From: Trichosphaerium sp. ATCC 40318
Taxonomy: Eukaryota; Protista; Tubulinea
NCBI GenBank assembly: GCA_038496445.1
Contig: JALMLS010000598.1
Location: 62,001-126,000, forward strand
Reading direction: 5' to 3'
Length of the DNA: 64,000 bases
Made by a program: the position numbers and the translations under genes. Position 1 is the stretch's first letter. Each line of letters starts with the position of its first letter. The notes beneath the pieces were generated by a model that did not search any database, was not told where the DNA came from, and worked only from the letters and a program-made list of their open reading frames with translations. Below, piece by piece: positions 35,750-47,700 of this stretch.

Positions 35750-37402
35750 ATGGATTTCTGTGTTGTATCACTTGAACAAGCGATAAAATACTACCACAAA
35801 AGGCATGCTGACGAATTCAGTAAAATTACTGCAAAACAGCATGAAACGTTCATAAAACAACTTGAAAACATTGTAAATGCTGCAAACAAGCGCCTCATAC
35901 AACAACTTGATCAACATCTCTTTGAAAACACGGATACTGCCACCAGTGCTACTGAACAGCGTACAATACATCCTAGAGACATAGATGCACCAAAACATAT
36001 CGAAACTATCTCACAAGCTAAACGAGAGAACATCCCGTTACCAAAATCCAAACAAATGAAAGAGTACGCACCAATGCGCTAAATAGATCTCAGTTAGTAA
36101 TCTAAAAATAGAAGACAACATTTGACAAACAAAGTGCTTGACATTATTGATTTTCCTCCAGAGGTTATTGCAACTATTCTAAATCATACAGATGGACAAT
36201 CAAGGTTCAGTGTTGCTCAATCGTGTCATTTGATGGCTGACATTATCCATCAAGTGGTTGGATACAAAAAGATTTACATTTATGATATTCCAGATATCAT
36301 ACAAATACGACAGTACAAAGGTGTCATGAACAACACTCTTGTTGCCATTAACGTAGAAAATAATACTTTATTTTCATTGTTATCTGGGTGTCGTAGCATT
36401 GATACAAACTTTCCTAGACGTAAACGGGTAGATTTTGATAAAAGTAGTGTTATCAATGATAATGATCTAAAAGCACTTGCTGGAGTTCATTCCATTTGTC
36501 TTCACCGATGTAAACACATAACAGATAAAGGTATCATGGCATTGAGTGGTGTACACACAATAGACCTTTCTTTGACATCAGTATCAGATGTTGGAATCAA
36601 AGCACTAAAAGGTGTACATAACATAAACCTTGGAGGTTGTGACAATGTGACAGACGAGAGTATCAAACTACTTGGAGGTGTTCATACAATTTGCCTTCAT
36701 CAATGCAACAATATTACAGATGAAAGTGTCAAGGCGTTAGCAGGTGTTCATACCATTGATCTTACTCGCACTTCAGTCACAGATGAGAGTATCAAATTAT
36801 TAAAAGGAGTTCACAGCATCCACCTCTCTCACACTTCAGTCACAGATGAGAGTGTCAAATTATTAAAAGGAGTTCACACCATCCACCTGTCCCACACTTT
36901 AGTGACAGACGAGAGTGTCAAAGCACTCGAAGGTGTTCATACTATTTATCTTGATGGTACAGCTGTAACAGATGAGAGTATCAAACTACTTGCAGGTGTC
37001 CATATCATTGATCTGCAAGGTACATCGGTGACAGATGAAAGTGTCAAAGCACTTGCAGGTGTTCATGCTATTGATCTTGCCCATACTGCAGTGACAGATG
37101 AAGGTATCAAAGCACTTGGAGGTGTTTATGCCATTAACCTTGACCGCACTGTAGTTACAGATGAGGGGATTAAAGCTCTTATGGGTGTTCATACAATTGG
37201 TGTTAGTAAACATGAGTATTTGACTAGTAAAGGCATAAATGCTTTAAAAGGTCTTCATGCAGTACACATAACCGCTAGTTATTTACAGCAACAATCATTC
37301 TACTCGTTGAATGCTGACAGAGTCGATTACTTTGATTGTTTTTTGTACAATGTTACAACCAAGTATGTTTCTTCAGAGAATCAACTTCAGCAACTCAACT
37401 AA
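35750..37402 (+). CDS. F-box + 21/22-aa LRR protein with N-terminal extension; one intron (36064-36111)
   Basis: Track ORFs 35711-36082 and 36122-37402 share a frame and are joined by a 48-nt GTACG...TAG intron that removes the stop. F-box IIDFPPEVIATILNH...VAQSCHLM and the same GVHTI repeat as 10021-11298. Confidence 0.85.
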
Positions 37403-37527
37403 GTGCTAATAAAAAGTAATTAAATTTTATGAAATCAATACAAATAACTACAAGGCCATATCATTACTAGATATTGTCATAATGAAGTACGATATCTGCT
37501 TGAGTTGTATAAAGAGTATGTGATTGG

Positions 37528-38633
37528 CTACTGATATACAGGCTTGTCATTTCGATAAACTATTTGTACAGGTATATATAGTGGTCCTTTACACTCTTTG
37601 TGTATTCCTTCTCTCAAGTTGTTTAAATACATACCACACTTGAACTCACGACCATTTTCATGCCAACTTTTGTAGTTTCCTTCGAGTTTACCATCTTGAT
37701 AATTTGACTGCACTTTCAATGTTCCTTTTTTATGCCATCCTATGTATTCTCCCTCAAGCTTGTCATGCACATAATTAGACTCCACAGACGCTTGACCGTT
37801 CTCATGAAACTTCTTGTACTTCCCTTCAATTTTGCCATTCTCGTAAAAGCACTGAAGTGCCAACAAGCCATTCTCGTGCCACTCTCTGTGCTCCCCTTCT
37901 TTCTTACCATTCTTCATAAAGCTTTTCTCACGCACTGTTCCATTCTCATACCACATACCGCACTCTCCATCTTTGTTCTGCAGTGACTCCATTTTACCGT
38001 TCGCGTGATATAATTTTATTGCACCGCCTTTAAGAGCTTCCACCCACTTATGTCCATTGCAGTACCACCTTTTGTAACCTTCTTCCGAAATATGAACTTC
38101 CAATTGTCCATTGTAATGCCACTGTTTGCTTTCTATAACTGCTTCACTGGTGGCGTAATTGGAATGTGCTTTCAATAGACCATCCTCATACCATTCCTTA
38201 CCTTCTCCATGTTTTTTGCCATTGTTGTAGTTACATTCCTCCGAGATTTGGCCGTTGTCAAACCAAGTCTCGCTTTTGCCATGCAAAACCCCACCAGAAA
38301 AATTTTGCTTCGTTTTCACCTTTCCGTTGCTGTGGAACGTTGTAAATAGCCCACACTTCTCTAGTGCATGATTATAGCGCGTCGACCATGCCATGCCCTT
38401 ATTTAACACCGGCCACATCTGATTGATTTGACCAGTTGAGTCTTTTTTTATTATCATATCGTGCAGTTCCAGCGGCAAATCTATCAAGCGAACAGGAATA
38501 TTATCTTGTTTTTTTACCTGAGTGATGAATTAGATCCAAACAAGTTTGTCTACTTTTTTGAAGTGTGAGTCGGTACCTTTTTAGGCTGTGGGCCTTTCAT
38601 TGGATTGGATTTGCGGGGTTTTTGAGGTTGCAT
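37528..38633 (-). CDS. F-box-like + MORN-variant (YwqK-like) repeat protein; one intron (38518-38576)
   Basis: Exon 1 MQPQKPRK...PKK splices to VKKQDNIPVRLIDLPLELHDMII (F-box-like), followed by repeats of the GKLEGxYxxWHENG type. Confidence 0.85.
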
Positions 38634-39148
38634 TGAGTGTTTGTGTGAAGACGTGCTTTGAACTGTGTAGAATTCTAATTTTTATGTCCACTTTCAATCA
38701 GATTGATTACTTAATGATTCTTTGAACTTACCATAAAACACAGTCAAGTTGCTTCTGTGTTGTGACAATGTGGTGCAGAGAAAAAACGTGAGTGATAGGT
38801 TGATTAGTTGTCCAAGACAGTATACTATTAACTGTTTACATGTAGTGCGTTAAATTTGTAATCAAAGTTCGATCAGTACAGAAGTTTCATCGTTATCATT
38901 TGACTAACCAGCGCACAACACATTCTAGACATCCTACTTTTAACAGTCGGTTAAACGCAACTGTTTAGGTTCAACGCATACACATCGTTCGCAGAGAAGG
39001 ATTTAGAACAACTAGAGAGTTGGGTCTTGATATAGTCAGATTAGGACAACTATTTTTACGTAGAAAATTGTTTATGTACAATAATAAAGGTTTACACAGA
39101 ACGGCTTCTCTAAACTTTCCTTCTCACAGAAGTTTACGAATTATCCGT

Positions 39149-41877
39149 TTAATTAGCCCAACGCATCATTGGATCATCAAAAGATAGCTAAAATATCTTC
39201 AGTATCAATAAAAACAAACTTTTTTTCATTTTACCTGTTGATTTTCTTGAAACGGATCATTGTCCTCTCCCAGGTTCATTATAAAGTCATCTCCAAAGGG
39301 CTTCTCATGTGTATTATTACCTATGTGTACTGGAGATTCTGGGTTTATAATATTTTCCATAAAACCTTGAGGAGAAAAACTACAGCTATCGCTAAAAGGA
39401 GAAGACACTCTCTGAGATAAAAAGTCAACATTTTTATCGGCGTTCAAAAAAGGTGGCGTTGCCATCGGTCCAGGCACGTGTCTCTGAAAGTTGAGATTAT
39501 GTGAATCAGGTAAAGGTAATCCCTCATTATCAGGTAATGGTAGAGTACTGGGAAAGTCTGTTTCAGTAAACTCCGGTAATGTGAACGTGTATCCTTTGAG
39601 TTTTAGCTTATTTAGCATTTCTGTAATTTTTGAAATATCTGGTCCACCAAGTGGAGTAGACAACTTCACCTTCGGATCTCTCACACCAAGCATGTGCTAT
39701 AGTTAAAAATATAAGTGGACACTTTGAGTGTATATGTCTTACCATGCATATCATCCGAGTAAAGCGCCATCTATTACAAAGCTGTTAACAAACCAACTTT
39801 AAAAAAAGTTTGCTGAAACTTCAACATGTGTTTCTTAATGTGTGGCTTAAAAAATATAATTGCAAGTGGTGTAGTCCACAACATCAATAATTGTGCCCAC
39901 ATTACTAACCTTTTAGAAGATATTTTCAAAGTCTCCATGCACTGTAAGAATTCCCCGGGAGAGTCAATTCTAGCAAATACCTAGGTTTAAATTTAAGACG
40001 TTCTTCTCATCATTGCAGTACTATGTACATCTAATAATAATCTATTAAGATGAAGAGCTACGAACGATTCTTTAGATAGATTTTTTGTCATACTTAGTGC
40101 TTTCTTAGCATGCTAGAAACAAAATTATAAATTCAGTGTATTTTTTATTCCAAACATTTGGAAGTACCTCAAACGCCTTGCTTTTATCTCCGCAACAAAG
40201 ACTAAGAGCAGATTTTGCTACTAGAATAATAGCATTTGTATGTACTTCAATTAGACTCGACGCTATGGACTGTGCTTGCATTAAGTGCAACTACAGCGGG
40301 AAATAAGTTACAAGCAGGCGAGTATTGCAGTGATTTTTTAGTACCATACAAGTTGTTCTATCTCCTGGAGTCAACTCGCCCTTGGTAATCTGTGAAAAAG
40401 CCAGCTGCTCCTATTCAGTAACATAAAGTGCGAAGAGTAACGTACTGTTTTCATAACTCTAGTTACGAGGCCAATTGTGAGTAAGGTTTTGTTTATTTTA
40501 TTCAATGCAAAGATATTTCCTAAATAGTCGAAACGTAAGCAGAGTTTAATTGAACGTTACGTCAGAATTCAACTTACCGTCGCAAATTGTAAGTAATTGA
40601 TCGCACAAAGCATCTAGCAATATTGTATGCTGGTTATTACGATTGAACTTTAGTTTATGCCACATAATGAAGTAGTCAAGAGATTGTTCCATTTCAGTTA
40701 ATTTAGCAGCTAAAAATAAAATTCACGTTATTGACTGTTCTCCAAGGCGTTTTGTGAAACAAAAATAAACCGAAGAGATTATCACAAATAATGTCGTATT
40801 GTGGGAGGTAATATTTTTCCAAAAGAAAAAAGAGAATCAATAAGAAAGCATAAGGTTCTTATACCTTTTTTGGATTTGTAGGTAGTCATTACTTTGGCAG
40901 CTTCATTTGTATTCTTGACAGCCTCCATCATATTGGCGTCTATAAAATACATTGTTCCCATAACAACCTTACCACCTATAAGCAGTTTCATGTCAATTTT
41001 GAGAATAAAGTAAGGTAAAAACTATACATGCTACACCAGGATGTGGAACATTCTCCAATTGGTGCTCATATGCTAAAGCAATTTTCTAGTTGCTTGTAGT
41101 GTACTGTGTTTCCAGTAGCATATGCTCCTAAGGTAGCCGCTGCGTACGCCTGAAAGGCTTGTGGCGTTGCTTAAAGAAACATAAGTTGATAGTCAAAACT
41201 ACTTGATTTTTTACACTAAATATCTGACTGCATAAGTCCTTACCTGAGCCTAAAGGTGTTCTATAAAGTCCATCAGGAACGAGCAAATCTGACATTGTTC
41301 CCATTTCAAGCTTATGAAGAGTCTCCGCGTACTTAAACACCAAAGAAGCATTCGCCTATAAAATCATAACTATATGCACTATGTGCGAAACGTTTAATTT
41401 TCGCTGACTCATCATCATGCCACGTGTTTTTTTTTTGACTGAAATCACTCCATGTAATGGTACCATTTGTACACCAACATTTGATGAAGAAAGTCCCTGA
41501 GCCACTAGTTGCCCATGTTTTGTCTGTCCACTCTTTAATTTTTGTAGTTGCTCCTGTTGAGCTTTAACAAGCCTTTCAAGTTCTTCTATCCTAGTTTCGT
41601 ATTTTTTACGGTATCCTTCATTGACATTATACATATAATACGAAACAACGAATATAATATTACCTGGACGCGGTCCACGCTTCTTGGGAGCCAAATATAT
41701 ACACTCTGCATCAATACGAATACAAAATTCGCAAGGTTGCCCTGAATTGCTTAATCATGGATAAAATCTTGTAACAATACCTCCATTACATTTTCCGTGG
41801 CGTTTACGACACTCTGTACAAGTACGTTTGCTGTTACGTTGTATCTTACGTTTCTTTTTTGGAGGTTCTTCTGTCAT
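39149..41877 (-). CDS. Zn(II)2Cys6 (GAL4-type) transcription factor, multi-exon
   Basis: CTECRKRHGKCNG / QPCEFCIRIDAEC.Y...KKRGPRP, followed by the coiled coil YETRIEELERLV and an acidic/Pro-rich C-terminus. Confidence 0.88.
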
Positions 41878-42282
41878 TGCACGAACAGGTAGCTACGTTA
41901 CAGTAGACGCTGTAGCGGCCGGGTAAATAATTAACGCTAAGAAATGAAATGAAAAGAAGTAAAATTTCTGATTGTACCTTTTTTGAGTACTCAAGACAAC
42001 TTTACGCTTTGCCCACTGATAAACTAGGTTGTGAGTTGCATGCACTTAGTACTCACCGCTTTTGGTTAACTAGCGATCAAAGTACAACGTCATTACGCCA
42101 CAATAGCGGGTTTTGACAAGCAACAAATTTTCGAATAATCCTGTAGTGCCAAAGCATCAAGAGTATCTGCCCGCAGTAAAAACAGTGTTTCATGCCTACC
42201 TGAGTAACAGAATGTCTGCATCTAGCGAGTACTTAACACAATTCAACAAAGAAGTAAAGCATCTATTCATCAAAATTTAGGA

Positions 42283-44482
42283 ATGGTGAGCGTCAACTAA
42301 CAACCTCGTTACGTTTTAGCTCAAAATGGTACAGCTCATGAAAGAATTAGCAAACTTTTTTGAATTGATGTTTGTAGACGGACGCTTGCGCTATACGCAA
42401 AGCTGAGAATATGAAGCGCACAACAGAAGAATTTAGGCGCTTGTTTAACATACCGGAACCAGAGAACGTTATTCAAAGTACGTTAGTTTACATAGTCATA
42501 AACAGGATCAATACAGGGCAATAAAGCGATTGATGATCATTTTTTAGAGTATCGGTGTTTCCTGAAGAGACCAACCCTTGACATGCCTGGGGTACTTTAC
42601 ATATCACAAAACTTTGTATGCTTCAAGGGAATCTCAAGCCTGGTAAGGTTATTTAGCTAACGTTCAAACAAATAGTGGTTAAATTAAATGTGCTTAGGAA
42701 GTAACTGCTATGCGAAAGATAACGAGTGTTATGTACGAACGCAGGTTTTTGCTCTCAAATGCAGTTGTCATCTCAAGTGGAGCTAAAACTTCTGTACGTC
42801 GCTCGCAAACAATACCATCTAACATATTAGGTATGTTACGTCGGATTTGCAAGAAAACATAGTCTGGAAGCCTTCAACCTCATAAATTATTTATACGAGA
42901 ACCCTCCTTCTTTAGTATCTGCGCCTGAGGTAATTGTGGATGATACACCTAAAGGTAAGACAACAAGGAAATGTTTATTTTAAAGGAACTGGAAAATTTT
43001 TTGTTAATTTCGTTCTGAACAGACATATTCGCCGATGAAAACCAGAATATAGAACAAGAGACAAGCAAAAATACGCCATGGGGTTTAACGACATCAACTG
43101 ATGATGAAGAAGACCAAGTTGAGGATAATAATAATAACAGCACATACGCTGGTAATATGGACACTGGAAATCCTTTCGATAACCCTGGAGACGACATGGT
43201 CACTACTAATCCTTTCGACTTACCAGACAACGGCAATCAATTGCAAATAGATTTGCCTCAGGTAGACGTTGATAGATCTAAGAGATTGGTTGGATTAGCC
43301 CATGAGATTCGCGGCCAAGGTGCTGAAGTACTGACAGAGCTTGAATTACAAGCAGAGCGCATAGACAGAATAGAAGGCCATGTAGATAATATCCACAGAA
43401 ACTTGGATGAATCTAACCGGTTGCTTAAAGGTATAGAGTCACTGCCTGCTTATATAGGACATTCAATGCGTAAAAAGAAAAAAAATAAGCCAAGAGAACC
43501 GTACAAGGACAGAAGTATTGCTATTAATCAACCTGATGCGTATATGGAGGTAGAGATACTATATAAACAATCAGACGATAGTCGTACGTGCCAAATTGTC
43601 GCTTAACGTTTCTTTTATCTGAAATTCCTCTCTAGTCCTCCCTGCAATACTACGTTTTGCTCGGGATTATTTCTGTTGCTTGAATGCTGAAACAGAACGT
43701 CTTATAAGCACAAAGGATAAATGGGAATACGGTGAAGTAACTTCTGCTGTGCTTCGTGCGAGACACGAACATTTGGACATACGGTACGTTAGAAACACTT
43801 TTATGCAAATTGGCTTTTTGACACAAAGTACCACAATAACTCTTCGTAGTTTCTCCACTCAGCGATGTGAGCGTCTACGAATGATGTCATCGTATAATCA
43901 AATCATTGTAAACGAAATCATACTACGCACAAAAGAAAAGCAGGTACATATCCGATAATCATACAATGTAGCTAGCCTTTACATTACTGTAAAAAAAATG
44001 ACGTTCTTGTAGGTTAAAGTACTCTTCGAACCAGGTATTGAACCTTTTGATTATGGGCATCCTAGAATTTCTTCTCAGCCTGTTTCTAACATTAGGACAC
44101 AGAATACGTTCGTACGGTACGTACAAAGAGAGTTTTTGTTCGCTCAAAAAAAATTATATGTAACTTCCAAAATAGACGAGATGCATTGCCTAAAACGTCT
44201 GCACTGCTCAGTAAGAATGTTGATAAGAAGATAAAGAGTGATCTTGATTTGACTGACCAGCACATTGACGAAATTGGCATGTTAGTGGGCGATTTGGGTA
44301 ACATGGCTGTAGCTATGGGAACTGAAATCGACAGGTGAGCTTTAACAATTTATGAGTGTTCCGTTGGATTAACAACTTTTTGTAGATCTGCTGCTCAAAT
44401 CAAACGTATCAACGAAAAGACAGAGACTGCTACAATGCGTATGGAGTCTGGTACTAAGAGAATGGACAAACTCATGTCATAA
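42283..44482 (+). CDS. GRAM-domain Qbc-SNARE (SNAP-25/29-like) with NPF motifs and a globular linker
   Basis: GRAM: EEFRRLFNIPEPENVIQ..YRCFL...GVLYISQNFVCF. Two NPF motifs. Qb: LTELELQAERIDRIE. Qc: IDEIGMLVGDLGNMAVAMGTEIDR. The start is uncertain. Confidence 0.8.
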
Positions 44483-44784
44483 AATTAGTAGTCGTCGTGT
44501 AGTGGCAAATCTATTTCATTTTTTTTTTTCTTGAAATGAAATTTTGCCAATTAGGAGTTCACAAAATGGCTCTATTGTATGTTGTAATAAATAACCACTT
44601 TAACTAACATACGCATGCATACAAGAAAAGGTCGTATATTTCTAGTTTTGTAGAGAATATAACCGTTTCGAGTCCAATTTGTAAGTCAACGCTATTTTGT
44701 ACTGGCATCACTCCTATCTGCTATTAAATGACACCACTTGTCCATGTGTTAATCGTGTAGGGAATAATATATAAATACTCTACT

Positions 44785-47700
44785 ATGGCCGACAACAAAA
44801 AGGTTGACAAGTTTATTTCTAAGAGCTTAGCTGGTCAGAGCAAGCAGAAACAATGGCAATCGTTTACTCGCTTTTTGGGTGCGTAAAGCTATTTTTTAAC
44901 TAGTAACACCCAAATTAATGCGCTCTGACGCATATGATGTGCATTATCAACCGTATACACGCTTTCACGCCGATACCAAAAACATCGCGTACAGTGTGCT
45001 AAACTTGCTCGAAACTATTTGCTTTCGCATGAAAACAATATTTCTGGTTTATACAAGCGTTTTAAACTAGTACTATTACAAAATCATGCACGGTTTTATT
45101 ACGCGACCGTTTTGGAGGTTTCAGCACTGACTGCAGTTTAGGGCGAAACTCAAGCATGGTGGAGGAAATAAAAAAATTGTTTGAAAGGAGCCACCATATA
45201 ATCCTCTCAATATTCGTTGAGCAGTTTGCTAATTACCAGACGAGCGGTAAAGGTAAAAGCTCAATTACTGAATTTTATTTTTGAAAAACACCAAAAACAG
45301 ATAACCACTATACTGTTTTCGCTAATCGCTGTATGTAGAAAGTATGGAAAAATGTAAACTATTCCTCACAATCTTGAATTATTATTTTGATTTCTTGCCT
45401 GATCAGGTCGAAGAAAACCGTAAACGTCTTGGTACGCTCATCACGTTTTAGATTTTTTTTGGATTTTTTGATGATTGCGTTAACATTAGTGTAGCTATCG
45501 TGTTGACGAAGATTTTATCTTTCCAGAACGCTGTTGTGGTTCGTGAGGGTGGATTTGAAGTATTGCTAAAGTTTATCCACGTGTTACCAACGCCCTCACA
45601 AAAAGAGCTTGATATGCTTCTTGCTTCAATTGATTTACATTGCTTTGAGGATAGCATACTTTGTATGCGTGTAGAACCATTCAAAGGTATGCAATATAGC
45701 CTAAACAACGAGATATAAAGATGACACGCATAATGGATTTTTTTTTTTGCCTGTTGTAAAATTTGCACGGTTAGGCATAATTGGTGCTGATTTTCGTGTC
45801 TTCGTTTTGAGATTTAGTGTTCTTATTAACTTGTTTTGTAGGGAATGGTATTCCTTTATTTCCTAGAGAAGGAAAGCCAACACGAAGAGAAGCAATGTCT
45901 TTTTTGAATAAATTTTTAGTTACAATAGGTACGCAAACAATATTATAATATTTCGCATGGAGTTGCAGAGATACTAAACTTTCTTTTTCAAAAAAAATTA
46001 CCTAGTTTGTTGTGATCTGTTTCATTTAATAATCCATGTTTAACGCTTATTTTTCCATCAATAGATAGTGGAAGCAAACTAGATCACTTTAAGAAATGGT
46101 TTGCTATATTTAGAGAGATATTCTTCCCTTCATTTTACCCTGGTGTATCTCGAGAGCTTGGTTTACTTAAACGTGGTCAAGGTACTAATCATTTGAGAAA
46201 AATGTAATTTTTGTACTAAGCCTTTATTAGATGTCGGATTTCGAGACCATTGTCCGTATGTTATTCAAGAAGAGGTTATCAAAAGATTAGATGGCTGGAC
46301 AGAGAGCCCAGATAAAGTTAAATTCCTCATGTGAGTTCTTTTGAGAATGATTTCAAAGCTGTTCTTTTGTTTGTGTACAAAACAATGATTTATGTTTTCT
46401 TTAGATCTAGCGAAACACATGCTTCTATGTTGCTTGAAATTTTAAGACAAGCTTGTCTTATGCCTATGAAACGGCGGAACGCTATAAAGATGGCTATTAC
46501 AACAATACATAGATGTCTTTTCATTGCACATCCAAAAGATTTAGACAGTGCAACACTTAGCGGTTATCGAAAGCGTTTTTTTGAGAATAATGCCTATATC
46601 CTACAAGGTGATCTGGATCGTGAACATTATAATATGTGTTCGCATATATTATCATTATATAAATCTATGGTTCCAGTGTTTGATAAGCTGACTGATGAAA
46701 TCAAGTGCGTCATCATTTTTTTTGTTGTACATAGGAAAAAGTTGTAAATTTTTTTTTGTCTTACAAACTTCACGTTTAGGGAGGCTATGTTGTTTTCTGC
46801 TATGCATGTAACTACACAAATGATTCAACGTCCTGTGCGTGGGACATCTACAGTTGACCATGCACTTGCCCCAATCATTGTACAGGTATATTTAACGAGA
46901 CCTTTGAAGTTTTTTTTTCAGTTATCTGATTTTCTTTTCTTTCTAGAGTTGTTTGCAATTGTGGATTCATACAAAGACTACGAGCAGTGTAAGATGGAAA
47001 GCACTTAAAAAGGGCATATCCAGTTTAATACACAGAAAAGAAGCAATTTCAGTGTGCCAAGTACGGTTACAATCAATAGTTGTTTAAACAACTTTCTTGC
47101 AAAAAAACTTCTTTCATTTTGTTTCAATCCTCTATTGTCTATGATGTAGACACATGGCTGTGTGATTGTTAATTTCTTTAATTAATTTCGTTCTAGGGTA
47201 TCATATTACAGCTTACTTGGATATTATCCGGGAAGCTTTTGTACAGTTTTAGCCGGTTTGATACATTACAAAGCAAGCGCGAAAAAATGCTTGAAAAAGG
47301 CGTCTTTAAAGAACCTACGACGCCTACTTATAAATTTCCTTCGCCATTCACACCGTACGCTAAGTTTTTGATCAAAACTACATAATACATGCTGTAGTCT
47401 TTTTTAAATTATGCAATGAAGCTATTTTTTTTTTTTTATTTCGAGAGCAGCCTCGTCTTCTTCTATGTCTTCAAGCTTTAGTTGCTGATTTTTTTTCAAA
47501 AGGGAGTTAGCAATTAACGCTATTGATTGGGATGTTGAAACTGCACAGATAATATGGCAGAATATGTTAGGTTCGTGTTGGTAAATGAAAGATTTTCCGT
47601 TGCTTATTTCGCTTTTCACTAGATATTCTTCGCAATTGCAATAAAACTGCCACAGACCCTGAGAACCATCATTTATGTATGAGATGCCTTAAACAAGTCA

